Under the pieces are notes generated by a model. It saw only the letters and a program-made list of their open reading frames with translations, ran no database searches and had not been told where the DNA came from. From positions 1 to 31,501 of IMG/VR virus record IMGVR_UViG_3300017754_004657: a stretch of DNA of 31,501 bases. One strand, given 5' to 3'. Positions 16,983-26,254 of the stretch are shown one piece after another. Both the position numbers and the translations under genes were made by a program. The DNA comes from a virus. Taxonomy: Duplodnaviria > Caudoviricetes. Positions within the stretch are counted from its first letter, which is position 1. Each line of letters begins with the position of its first letter.

Positions 16983-19270
16983 AACCAAAAGTTTACGCTC
17001 ACGCCTCATATGTAGGTAATACCGGTTATAATAATCATACACGTGATTTTTTCAGAGAATTATCTAAACACGTTGATTTAAAAGTTAGAAATTTTACTAT
17101 AGGTAAAGAATGGAATTGGCCTAGTGATGAACCACACAATGGAGAACTATATCTTAACGATATAGATAAAAAATTATTAATAGAACAAACTCTTTGGACT
17201 AATAAAGATACAGGAGAAAGATCAGATTTTTCTATTTATAAAAACTATTCTAACGAATTTAAACATAATGTCAATTTAGTTTTAGAAGAAACCAATCATC
17301 ACTATTTTTACGACAAATATATTGGTCCTAAAATTGCTTATAATGTTTGGGAATCTACTTTACAACCAGAACACTTCTTTAATAAATTAAAAGAATACGA
17401 TCAAATTTGGGTACCTTCTCAATGGCAAGCCGAATGTACTATTGCTCAAGGTATGCCTGTCGATAAAGTAAAAGTTGTACCTGAAGGTGTAGACGTAAAT
17501 ACTTTTTACCCAGAAGATCCTGTTACTAAACTCGATTATGTAGATGGTCGTTTTAAATTTATTTTATTTGGTCGTTGGGATTATAGAAAATCTACTAAAG
17601 AAATTATTGAAACCTTCCTTAAAGAATTTAAACCAGACGAGCCCGTTGATTTGATTGTTTCTATTGATAATCCATTCTCAGGTGATGGTCATAAAACAAC
17701 CGAAGATAGATTACAAGCTTATGGCTTTACAGATGAACGTATCAAAGTAAAACATTTTCCATCTCGCGAAGATTATATTACATACATGAAAAATGGTCAT
17801 GTATTTTTGTCTTGTGCTCGTAGTGAAGGATGGAATTTACCTTTAATTGAAGCAATGGCTTGTGGTACACCTGCTATTTATTCAGAGTGTTGCGCCCAAA
17901 TGGAATTTGCTAAAGGCAAAGGTCTCCCAGTTAAAGTATTAGGCGAACGTCCTGCTTTAGATGCTAATTATAACCATTTCAATTCAGTAGTAGGTAATTA
18001 CTACGAACCTGATTTTGAAGATTTAGCTCGTGTAATGCGTGACGCTTTTAAAAATTATACAGATCATAAAAAACGAGCATTTTATGAAGCTAAATTGATT
18101 CATCGTGATTTTAATTGGGAACGTATTGGCGAAATAGGAGCTAAAACACTTCAAGAATTTATTGACAATTACAAAGAACCTAAAGATACTAATACTATAA
18201 GTGTTAATTTTATAGGTAAACCTAAAGTTGAAATTTTAGGAGATTTATCTAAATCTTATTTAGTTGAGTTTATTAACTCTGATACAAACCAAGTTATATA
18301 TTCTGATACTATATCTAATAATATGTGGACTCAATGTGGTAAAGAATATTATATACCTTGGCTAATTAAAATTAATGGTAAAGAACATGCTCGTTTAAAT
18401 CTAAAAGGACAACGTGTATTAATTTCTTTAGAATCTAAATCTATTGGTGATACCTTAGGTTGGACTCCCTATGCTGTTGAATTTGCTAAAAAACATAATT
18501 GTAAAGTAGTAATATCTACATTTCATAATGACTGGTTTAAAGGAGTTAAAGCTTATAAAGATGTAGAATTTATTGAACCCGGTAACGCTACTGGTTGTGT
18601 TGCTCATTATCGTATTGGTTGGTTTAGAGACGAAAAAGATGGTTGGAAAAACTTTGATAGACATCCTCGTCAATGTAATACTATTCCAATGCAAGCTACT
18701 GCTACTGATATTTTAGGATTAGAATTTAAAGAATTAAATTATGGTGTAAGTTTTCTCAAAAAAGAAAGACCATATCAACAAAAATATATTGTAATAGGTC
18801 CTAATGCTACTGCAGGTTGTAAAGAATGGAAATACGATTACTGGGTAACTTTATCTAAATTACTCAATCAACAAGGTTATATTGTTGTTAGCTTAACCCA
18901 AAACGAATTTACCATCCCAGGAGTTATAAATCATTATGGACATCCTATGGAAGAAGTAGCAAATATTCTTTACCATGCAGATTTATTTATAGGACTAGGC
19001 TCAGGCTTATCATGGTTAAACTGGTCTATTGGGAAGCACACAGTAATGATAAATGGTTTTGCAGAAAAAAATCATGAATTTACTTCTCGTGTTACACGTA
19101 TAATGACAGATAATTGTTTTCCTTGTTGGACTAATCCAAACTTTGTATTTGATGCCGGTGATTGGGATTGGTGCCCTATTTGGAAAGGAACTAACAAACA
19201 ACACATCTGTCAGAAATCAATTACTCCCCAAATGGTTATTAGTAAAGTAAAACATTTATTAAAAAAATGA
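16979..19270 (+). CDS. GT4 glycosyltransferase fused to an Aah/TibC-like (autotransporter O-heptosyltransferase, GT9-like) domain
   Basis: GT4: GRWDYRKS, RSEGWNLPLIEAMACGTPAI. Second domain: LKGQRVLISLESKSIGDTLGW.PY...F.KKH.C, ADLFIGLGSGLSWLNW, INGF...HEF, and four-Cys iron-finger-like CFPCW...DWDWCP..KGT.KQHICQKSIT. Confidence 0.85.
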   Translation: MKPKVYAHASYVGNTGYNNHTRDFFRELSKHVDLKVRNFTIGKEWNWPSDEPHNGELYLNDIDKKLLIEQTLWTNKDTGERSDFSIYKNYSNEFKHNVNLVLEETNHHYFYDKYIGPKIAYNVWESTLQPEHFFNKLKEYDQIWVPSQWQAECTIAQGMPVDKVKVVPEGVDVNTFYPEDPVTKLDYVDGRFKFILFGRWDYRKSTKEIIETFLKEFKPDEPVDLIVSIDNPFSGDGHKTTEDRLQAYGFTDERIKVKHFPSREDYITYMKNGHVFLSCARSEGWNLPLIEAMACGTPAIYSECCAQMEFAKGKGLPVKVLGERPALDANYNHFNSVVGNYYEPDFEDLARVMRDAFKNYTDHKKRAFYEAKLIHRDFNWERIGEIGAKTLQEFIDNYKEPKDTNTISVNFIGKPKVEILGDLSKSYLVEFINSDTNQVIYSDTISNNMWTQCGKEYYIPWLIKINGKEHARLNLKGQRVLISLESKSIGDTLGWTPYAVEFAKKHNCKVVISTFHNDWFKGVKAYKDVEFIEPGNATGCVAHYRIGWFRDEKDGWKNFDRHPRQCNTIPMQATATDILGLEFKELNYGVSFLKKERPYQQKYIVIGPNATAGCKEWKYDYWVTLSKLLNQQGYIVVSLTQNEFTIPGVINHYGHPMEEVANILYHADLFIGLGSGLSWLNWSIGKHTVMINGFAEKNHEFTSRVTRIMTDNCFPCWTNPNFVFDAGDWDWCPIWKGTNKQHICQKSITPQMVISKVKHLLKK

Positions 19271-20169
19271 AAAAGTTAGCTTTAATAAATAGCTATTGTG
19301 ATACTTGGGAAAAACTTACAGTTCTTTTTCAAAATATAAAAAAACTTAAAGAATTAGGAGTTGATTCATTAGTATACTCTCCTGTTCCTTTACCTAAAGA
19401 AATTACTGAAATAGCAGATTATACTATAACTAGCAAAGAAAACCCAGTCATTAATTGGCCCGAAAGAGGTATGATTCACTGGAGTAACCACCCCCAATTT
19501 AAAATTGAACTAATAGTTCCTGATTATGGGTGGGCTTCCATCTATCAATATAAAAAATTAATGGAATATGGATCTACTTTAGATTATGATTATTATTTTT
19601 GGTTTCTTTACGATTTAAATATTGATTCTATAGTTGAAAGTACTTTAAAAAATCCTCATAATAAATTATTTTTTAAAAGCACTAAAGCTAAAAATTCTAA
19701 AGTAGGGGGAATATTTGCTTCATTTAATAAAGAAAATATTAATAAAATTCATCCTTTATTAAATAAACAAAATTATATTGAAACTTGCAAGGGTCAAATC
19801 GCAGAATATTACATAGAAGTTATATGTGATAAAATTGAAGGTGATATACTAGATCATAAAACTACAGATTTAATGTACGAACATAGTAATCTAAGTTTTA
19901 ATGTATTAAATGAAAAATATCCTTTTAAATTAGCTTTAAGTACTTCTCAATATAAATTTGCTTTTTATGATTTACCTTTAAAAGAAATCTTAGTAACTTT
20001 TGTAGTTAATGGATTATATTATGATTTTATAATTAATAAAGAAAATCCTATAATTGAATTAGATTTAAATATAAATAATTTAAAAACTATTTTATTTTAC
20101 TATAATAATTTACCAATAGATTTAACTTCTTATTATCCCCCTCATACAAACATTATACGTTCAGTATAA
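19267..20169 (+). CDS. Hypothetical protein (300 aa), last gene of the modification cluster
   Basis: Long ORF overlapping the previous stop by 4 nt; no motif recognised with confidence. Confidence 0.7.
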   Translation: MKKLALINSYCDTWEKLTVLFQNIKKLKELGVDSLVYSPVPLPKEITEIADYTITSKENPVINWPERGMIHWSNHPQFKIELIVPDYGWASIYQYKKLMEYGSTLDYDYYFWFLYDLNIDSIVESTLKNPHNKLFFKSTKAKNSKVGGIFASFNKENINKIHPLLNKQNYIETCKGQIAEYYIEVICDKIEGDILDHKTTDLMYEHSNLSFNVLNEKYPFKLALSTSQYKFAFYDLPLKEILVTFVVNGLYYDFIINKENPIIELDLNINNLKTILFYYNNLPIDLTSYYPPHTNIIRSV

Positions 20170-20175
20170 AAAATA

Positions 20176-20184
20176 ATATTTATA
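20176..20184 (+). promoter_or_regulatory. Putative late-promoter motif
   Basis: ATATTTATA 4 nt before ATG 20189. Confidence 0.45.
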
Positions 20185-20188
20185 TCAT

Positions 20189-20440
20189 ATGGAAAAGGTT
20201 TATATTACAGAAGACGAAAAAAAAGAATTAACTGATTTAGGAAATCTAGAAAATCAATTTATAATTCAATTAGGTGAAATTGAATATCAAATTCAAAATT
20301 TAGAAGACCAAAAATTAGAAGTAAAAAAACAAATTGCTGCTTTTAAAATTAAAAGAAATCAATTAGCTGCTAGGTTACAACAAAAATATGGAGAAGGATC
20401 TATTAATTCTGAAACCTGGGAATTTATAAAATCTAGTTGA
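20189..20440 (+). CDS. Small coiled-coil hypothetical protein
   Basis: Heptad-like E/Q/K/L-rich 83-aa ORF ending LQQKYGEGSINSETWEF. Confidence 0.75.
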   Translation: MEKVYITEDEKKELTDLGNLENQFIIQLGEIEYQIQNLEDQKLEVKKQIAAFKIKRNQLAARLQQKYGEGSINSETWEFIKSS

Positions 20441-20458
20441 TTTTTGAATCCTTTTTTG

Positions 20459-20467
20459 ATATTTATT
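20459..20467 (+). promoter_or_regulatory. Putative late-promoter motif
   Basis: ATATTTATT 22 nt before the sheath ATG. Confidence 0.45.
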
Positions 20468-20489
20468 ATAAAATAACAACCTATTAGCA

Positions 20490-22250
20490 ATGGCAGAAAC
20501 TTTAGTATCACCTGGTGTTTTAACAAGAGAAAACGACCAGTCATTTATCACCCAACAGCCAGTAACAGTTGGTGCAGCTATTGTAGGCCCCACAGTAAAG
20601 GGTCCTGTAGAAATTCCTACTGTAGTTACTTCTTATAGTGATTACCAAAATCGTTTTGGTACTACCTTTATGAGTGGTAGTGATTCAAGTAATGATCAAG
20701 TTTATACTTACTTTACTTCAATTGCAGCTTACAACTATTTCCAAAATGGGGGTGAATCTTTATTAGTAACTAGAGTAGTTTCAAGTTCTGCTGATTGGGA
20801 TTATGCTAGTGCTTCTATATCAGTAGCACAAAGTGCTTCAGCAGCCTTTACCGCTTCTTTTACTTTAGAAACTCTTGATAAAGGAGTAATTTGGAATAAC
20901 TCCGGATCTCAAAACCTAATTACAGGAGGTTCAGGTTCTCTTGTTTCGGGTTCAATTGATAATATTAGATGGGAAATAGCTACAGCTAGCTCAGCTTCAG
21001 GTACATTCTCTTTATTAATTAGAAGAGGTGATGATAATAATAACAACAAAGTTGTACTTGAAACTTGGAATAACTTATCTCTTGACCCAACTCAACCTAA
21101 CTACATCGCTAGAGTAATTGGTGACCAAACCCTTAACTATAATTCAACCGAAAATTATATTGAAATTTCAGGTTCATATCCTAACGCTTCTCGTTATGTA
21201 AGAGTTTCTTATGTAAACAACACTCCTTTCTATTTTAATAATGCTGGTGTTGCTAAAGACACTTATACTGGATCTATTCCAGTAGTAGGTAGTGGTTCAT
21301 ATGGAGGCACATTTACTGGAGGTGCTGGTTCTCTTATTCCAAGTGGTAGAGTTGCTAATTATTATGAAGCTATTAACAGTACAGATACACAAGGTTTAGT
21401 AGGTACTGATTATGATGACATGTTAGATCTTCTTGCTAACCAAGATGATTACAGATTTAATGTATTATTAACCCCAGGATTAGTAGATGCTAACCAAACA
21501 TCTCAAATTACAACAGCTGTAAATAATACACAAAATAGGGGTGATAGCATTTATGTATATGATCCTGTAGCTTATGGTTCTACAATTAATGCTGCTATAA
21601 CTAGAGCTGCTGCTAGAGATACCTCATACGCTGCTGTATACTGGCCTTGGTTAAGAACAATCGACCCAGACTCAGGTAATTTCGTGTGGGTACCAGCTTC
21701 TACAATGATTGGCGGGGTTTACGCGTTTACTGACGCTTCCTCTGAACCATGGTTCGCTCCTGCAGGTATTAACAGAGGTGGATTAAGCACCGTAATTACC
21801 GCAGAAAGAAAGCTTTCTCAAGGTAACAGAGACACATTATACCAAGGTAATGTTAACCCAATTGCTACATTCCCTGGTCAAGGTGTTGTAGTATACGGAC
21901 AGAAAACGTTACAAAAACAAGCATCTGCGCTTGATAGAGTAAACGTTCGTAGATTATTGATTGCTCTTAAGTCGTATATCGGTCAAGTAGCTCAAAACTT
22001 AGTGTTTGAACAAAATACTGCTGCTACTAGAAACGCATTCTTAAGTCAAGTTAATCCATACTTAGAGACAGTACAACAACGTCAAGGTTTATACGCTTAC
22101 CGAGTTGTAATGGATGATTCAAACAACACACCTGATGTAATTGATAGAAATCAGATGGTAGGTGCTATTTACTTACAACCAACCAAAACAGCTGAATTCA
22201 TTATCCTAGACTTCAATGTGTTACCAACTGGAGCTACATTCCCAGCGTAA
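20490..22250 (+). CDS. Contractile tail sheath protein
   Basis: LVSPGV..RE.D, GPTVKGP, YWPWL, WFAPAGINRGGL, VNPIATFPGQGVVVYGQKTLQ, LDRVNVRRL, IYLQPTKTAEFI. Confidence 0.95.
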   Translation: MAETLVSPGVLTRENDQSFITQQPVTVGAAIVGPTVKGPVEIPTVVTSYSDYQNRFGTTFMSGSDSSNDQVYTYFTSIAAYNYFQNGGESLLVTRVVSSSADWDYASASISVAQSASAAFTASFTLETLDKGVIWNNSGSQNLITGGSGSLVSGSIDNIRWEIATASSASGTFSLLIRRGDDNNNNKVVLETWNNLSLDPTQPNYIARVIGDQTLNYNSTENYIEISGSYPNASRYVRVSYVNNTPFYFNNAGVAKDTYTGSIPVVGSGSYGGTFTGGAGSLIPSGRVANYYEAINSTDTQGLVGTDYDDMLDLLANQDDYRFNVLLTPGLVDANQTSQITTAVNNTQNRGDSIYVYDPVAYGSTINAAITRAAARDTSYAAVYWPWLRTIDPDSGNFVWVPASTMIGGVYAFTDASSEPWFAPAGINRGGLSTVITAERKLSQGNRDTLYQGNVNPIATFPGQGVVVYGQKTLQKQASALDRVNVRRLLIALKSYIGQVAQNLVFEQNTAATRNAFLSQVNPYLETVQQRQGLYAYRVVMDDSNNTPDVIDRNQMVGAIYLQPTKTAEFIILDFNVLPTGATFPA

Positions 22251-22265
22251 GGATTTAAAGAATGA

Positions 22266-22274
22266 ATATTTATA
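22266..22274 (+). promoter_or_regulatory. Putative late-promoter motif
   Basis: ATATTTATA 21 nt before the tube ATG. Confidence 0.5.
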
Positions 22275-22295
22275 ATAAAATAAATAAATAATAAA

Positions 22296-22784
22296 ATGGC
22301 AGTATTATCACCAAACGAAATATTTTTTACAGCGTTTGAACCCAAACAGCCTAATAGATTTATCATGTACGTTGATGGTATTCCATCATTCATGATTAAG
22401 GGTATTAGTGAGGTATCTTTAACACAAGGTGTTGTTGATCTAAACCACATCAATATCCAACGTAAAGTTAAAGGCAAATCAGTTTGGAACCCTATTACAA
22501 TGACGTTGTTTGATCCAATCACTCCTTCGGGTGCTCAAGCTGTAATTGAATGGGTTCGTCTTTCACACGAATCTGTAACTGGTAGAGATGGTTACTCAGA
22601 CTTCTATAAGAAAGATATTACTATTAACGTATTAGGTCCCGTAGGTGATGTAGTGTCAGAATGGATTCTTAAAGGAGCATTCCCTTCTAACGTAAACTGG
22701 GGTGCCTATAGCTGGGATACAGTAGATGCTGCTGTTGAAATCACAGTAGAAATGGCCGTTGACTACTGTATTTTGAACTTCTAA
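22296..22784 (+). CDS. Tail tube protein (T4 gp19-like)
   Basis: Directly follows the sheath; 162 aa; FEPKQPNRF, KGKSVWNPITMT, YKKDITI, EWILKGAFP. Confidence 0.9.
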   Translation: MAVLSPNEIFFTAFEPKQPNRFIMYVDGIPSFMIKGISEVSLTQGVVDLNHINIQRKVKGKSVWNPITMTLFDPITPSGAQAVIEWVRLSHESVTGRDGYSDFYKKDITINVLGPVGDVVSEWILKGAFPSNVNWGAYSWDTVDAAVEITVEMAVDYCILNF

Positions 22785-22810
22785 TAAAAGTTTACAAATT
22801 TTTTAAAATT

Positions 22811-22838
22811 GAGCTTGATTCTGTCAAGCTCTTTTTTT
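22811..22838 (+). terminator. Rho-independent terminator after sheath-tube
   Basis: GAGCTTGA-ttctg-TCAAGCTC followed by TTTTTTT. Confidence 0.85.
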
Positions 22839-22844
22839 ATCTTG

Positions 22845-22853
22845 ATATGTATA
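22845..22853 (+). promoter_or_regulatory. Putative late-promoter motif
   Basis: ATATGTATA right after the terminator, the same layout as 1978-2020. Confidence 0.55.
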
Positions 22854-22880
22854 ACTAGAATAGTTTTATTAAACAAGTAT

Positions 22881-23606
22881 ATGGAATTTAAGTTACCAAC
22901 AGAAACAATCGAATTACCTTCAAAAGGTTTAATTTATCCCGAAGGAAACCCTCTATCAAGCGGTACTATCGAAATGAAGTACATGACCGCTAAAGAAGAA
23001 GATATTTTAACTAACCAAGCATATATTCAAAACGGTACTGTAATTGATCGTTTATTAAAGTCCCTAGTGGTATCTCCTATTAATTTTGATGATTTAATTA
23101 TTGGTGATAAAAATGCTATCATGATTGCGGCTCGTATCTTAGGTTACGGTAAAGATTATAAGTTTGTCTACCAAAATAAAGAACACGTAGTAGACCTCTC
23201 AGAATTAAATCCTAAACCAATTGATGAAAATTTATTTGTAAAAGGTATGAATCGTTTTTCTTTTACAATGCCTTCAACTGGTGCTGTAGTTGAGTTTAAA
23301 ATTCTTACTCATGCCGATGAAAAAAAGATTTCAGCTGAAATTCAAAATCTTAAAAAAATTAATCCTGAAAGTTCAACTGATTCATCTACCAGATTAAAAC
23401 ATATGATACTTTCAGTAGATGGAATTGAAGAACAAAAAGATATTCGAAATTTTGTTGATAATTATCTGCTAGCAAGGGATGCTCGAGCGTTTAGAGAGTA
23501 TGTTAAAGAAATTCAACCCGATGTTGATTTAACTTTTTTTCACGAACGTAGTGAATCCCGAGTCGATATTCCAATCGGGCTTAGCTTTTTTTGGCCTGAC
23601 GCCTGA
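22881..23606 (+). CDS. Tail/baseplate-hub assembly chaperone (T4 gp26-like)
   Basis: MEFKLPTETIELPSKG, YMTAKEEDIL, AARILGYG, ends IPIGLSFFWPDA; lies between tube and tape measure. ATG 22881 is preferred over the track start at 22809, which sits on the terminator. Confidence 0.75.
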   Translation: MEFKLPTETIELPSKGLIYPEGNPLSSGTIEMKYMTAKEEDILTNQAYIQNGTVIDRLLKSLVVSPINFDDLIIGDKNAIMIAARILGYGKDYKFVYQNKEHVVDLSELNPKPIDENLFVKGMNRFSFTMPSTGAVVEFKILTHADEKKISAEIQNLKKINPESSTDSSTRLKHMILSVDGIEEQKDIRNFVDNYLLARDARAFREYVKEIQPDVDLTFFHERSESRVDIPIGLSFFWPDA

Positions 23607-23880
23607 AAAGGCTAATCAATCCCGCCTTAATATTTTTACCCAAATTCACGAAATTGTTTTTTGGGGCAATGGAGGTTATTCTTGGGCTGAAGTTTACCAC
23701 ATGCCCATATGGTTAAGATTATTTACTTTTAATCAAATTCGTAAACATTACGAAGATAAAAATAAACAACAATCCCAAAGTAAATCTTCTAATAAAACTA
23801 CATTAGTAGATCCTTCAGGTAATATTAACAAAGAAGCTTTTAAACAAGCTACTCCTTCAAAAATACCTACTTATAAATAA
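23551..23880 (+). CDS. Second tail-assembly chaperone ORF (T4 gp51-like), possibly expressed as a frameshift extension of the upstream gene
   Basis: QIHEIVFWGNGGYSWAEVYHMPIWLRLF; overlaps the upstream gene by 56 nt; no ATG before the conserved-looking block; T7 run at 23586-23592. Confidence 0.65.
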   Translation: MNPESIFQSGLAFFGLTPEKANQSRLNIFTQIHEIVFWGNGGYSWAEVYHMPIWLRLFTFNQIRKHYEDKNKQQSQSKSSNKTTLVDPSGNINKEAFKQATPSKIPTYK

Positions 23881-23894
23881 AGTTATAGGTTTTA

Positions 23895-23903
23895 ATATTT
23901 ATA
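23895..23903 (+). promoter_or_regulatory. Putative late-promoter motif
   Basis: ATATTTATA 16 nt before ATG 23920. Confidence 0.5.
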
Positions 23904-23919
23904 ACATATATTACTTAAT

Positions 23920-25923
23920 ATGGCTGCTGAAGACGAAATTAAAAAATCCAATGATGCTTTAAGGGCAACAGCCCAAGAATTATCTTATATTTCAGATGCG
24001 TTTTCTTCAATAGCAGCTGCAATTGAAGATTTATTTGATAAGGCTAATGATGGGGCCGACAAACTTACAGAAAAAGTTAATAAAACCTATAAAAGAGACA
24101 TAGTTAATTCTATTAACCAAATGTCTAAAGGTTTAGATAGACAAGTTGGCTTACAGGAAAAATTACTTAAAGGAGAAGATATCTCTAAAAATTTAGCTAA
24201 TGAAAAGTCAAAAATAGAGGCTAGAAGGCAAGTTACTCTTCAAAAAATCCTTCGTACTGAAGGTCTTACTACCGAAGAAAAAGAAGAATTAATAAGTAAA
24301 TTAACCGAACAATATAATTTAGAAAATGATATTCTAAATAATTTAGAAGAGCAAAATGAAGCTTTAGCTGAACGAAACGAAAAAATGAAAAGTGCCCAAG
24401 GATTAACGGGCAGCTTAGTAAAAGGTTTAGATGGAGTTTTAAGTAAACTAGGGCTAGGTGATTTTTCTAAAAAGCTTAATATTCAAAAAGCTGTAGATGA
24501 CGCTACTGAATTTGATGAAGCTACTGGAAAAGCTACTTTTAATGCTAATCAGGGTTTTAAAAATATAGGTAAAAACTTATCTGCGAATATTACTAAAGGT
24601 GATATTTTTCTTGCTGTAATAACTAAATTAGTAGAAAGAGCAGGTCAAGCTGATAAAAATATAGCTAATCTACGTAGAAATTTTGGTGCTAGTTTTAATG
24701 AAGCTAGAAAATTAAACGATAGTTTTGCCTTTACTGCTCTTAAAAGTAGTGATGTAACAGCTAATGTTGAAAGTTTAGGAGAAGCTAACCAAAATATTAA
24801 TAGTCAACTTGGGATTCAAGTAAGATATAATGACGATTTATTAGTACAAGCTAACGCATTAGTTAAACGTAATAAACTTTCTGCTGAAGCTGCCGCTGGG
24901 TTTAGTGAATTAACTTTAGCATCTGGAGTTAATGCTGAAGAATTAGTTAAAAGGCAATCTCAAGTTACAGCCGCAGTTCAAAATTCAAGTAAAGTTGCTC
25001 TTAACTTTAACCAAGTATTAGAAGAAGCAAACAAAACTACAGGTTTATTACGTGTAAATTTAGGAAGAACCCCAGAAGGTATAGCAAAAGCAGTTGCTCA
25101 AGCTAAAACCTTAGGTATTACTTTAAATGAAGCTGCCCAAATTAGTGGTAAGTTACTAGATTTTCAATCTTCTATTGAAGCTGAATTAGAAGCTGAAGTA
25201 TTAACTGGCAAACAACTTAATCTAGAACAAGCTAGATTTTTAGCTTTACAAGGTAAAACAGATGAGGCCGCTGCTGAAGTATTAAAACAAGTAGGTTCAC
25301 TAGCTGAATTCCAGCAAATGAACGTTTTACAACAACAAGCTTTAGCTGATGCTACAGGTTTAACAGTAGACCAATTAGCAGATCAAGTTACTAAACAAGC
25401 AGCTATTAATTCTCAAAAACAAGAAGGATTAAATATTGATGCCGAAACACAAGCTGAAAACGCATCAGCTCTTTCAATTCAAGAAAAATTATCTTCTGCT
25501 GTAGAAAAATTAAATAGTGTACTTCAAATAAGTGGGGTTATTATTGGTGGTTTAGTAGGAGCTGTTGGTGGTCTTTTACTAGCTCCTATTTTAGGACCTT
25601 TTGCCCCACTTTTGGGAGCAGCTTTAGGTGCTGGATTAGTAGGAGGTGCACAAGCAGTTATGGATGGTGAAGCTTCTGCTAGTAGAGGTCCTTTTACTAT
25701 TACTGACTCGTACGGGGCTACAGCTGTTACTGCTAAAGGTGATAATGTTGTAGTTTCTCCTAATGTAAGTAGAGGTGGGGGTGGGATGAGTGATGCTAAA
25801 TTAGATAAGATGATAGCATTACTTGAAAAAGTAGCTAACAAATCTACAACATTACAGATGGATGGTAGAGTATTAGCTAGAACAATTGAAACCTCCCCAG
25901 TATCTTCAAACCTTCCAGGTTAA
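23920..25923 (+). CDS. Putative tail tape measure protein
   Basis: 667 aa, A/Q/E/K/L-rich and helical-looking, Gly-rich hydrophobic segment near the C-terminus, canonical position after the chaperones. Confidence 0.75.
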   Translation: MAAEDEIKKSNDALRATAQELSYISDAFSSIAAAIEDLFDKANDGADKLTEKVNKTYKRDIVNSINQMSKGLDRQVGLQEKLLKGEDISKNLANEKSKIEARRQVTLQKILRTEGLTTEEKEELISKLTEQYNLENDILNNLEEQNEALAERNEKMKSAQGLTGSLVKGLDGVLSKLGLGDFSKKLNIQKAVDDATEFDEATGKATFNANQGFKNIGKNLSANITKGDIFLAVITKLVERAGQADKNIANLRRNFGASFNEARKLNDSFAFTALKSSDVTANVESLGEANQNINSQLGIQVRYNDDLLVQANALVKRNKLSAEAAAGFSELTLASGVNAEELVKRQSQVTAAVQNSSKVALNFNQVLEEANKTTGLLRVNLGRTPEGIAKAVAQAKTLGITLNEAAQISGKLLDFQSSIEAELEAEVLTGKQLNLEQARFLALQGKTDEAAAEVLKQVGSLAEFQQMNVLQQQALADATGLTVDQLADQVTKQAAINSQKQEGLNIDAETQAENASALSIQEKLSSAVEKLNSVLQISGVIIGGLVGAVGGLLLAPILGPFAPLLGAALGAGLVGGAQAVMDGEASASRGPFTITDSYGATAVTAKGDNVVVSPNVSRGGGGMSDAKLDKMIALLEKVANKSTTLQMDGRVLARTIETSPVSSNLPG

Positions 25924-25941
25924 TAAAATTTAAATAGCTTA

Positions 25942-25950
25942 ATATTTATA
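25942..25950 (+). promoter_or_regulatory. Putative late-promoter motif
   Basis: ATATTTATA 16 nt before ATG 25967. Confidence 0.5.
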
Positions 25951-25966
25951 AACAAAATATATTACT

Positions 25967-26251
25967 ATGGGACTATTAGACATGTTACTAAACCAAGGTG
26001 GTTCTAGCCTTTCAGCATATGATGGGCTCACTCCTCCTGTTAATCCATTAGCCACTCAACAATCAAAGTTACATGCTGATGGTACTCAACCCTCATATTC
26101 AGTTAATGGATCAAATGCAAGTATTGTAAACCCACAATACCAATCTTATTTAGATGGAGTTCCCAATAACATTCCACAACCTTCTCAATTAGATAGAGAT
26201 AATGGTAATGTTCCTCCTAGTAAATACTATTTGAACAACCTTCCCCAATAA
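25967..26251 (+). CDS. Hypothetical virion-associated protein (94 aa)
   Basis: ORF in the tail module preceded by the motif; P/S/N/Q-rich. Confidence 0.65.
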   Translation: MGLLDMLLNQGGSSLSAYDGLTPPVNPLATQQSKLHADGTQPSYSVNGSNASIVNPQYQSYLDGVPNNIPQPSQLDRDNGNVPPSKYYLNNLPQ

Positions 26252-26254
26252 TAA

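Noticed and set aside
22809-22880. Track start of the chaperone ORF at 22809
   Set aside because: The extension overlaps the terminator hairpin and the putative promoter motif; ATG 22881 is more plausible.
23534-23551. T TTT TTT heptamer as a classical -1 frameshift site
   Set aside because: The -1 frame reaches TAG at 23549-23551 within a few codons and does not join the downstream ORF.
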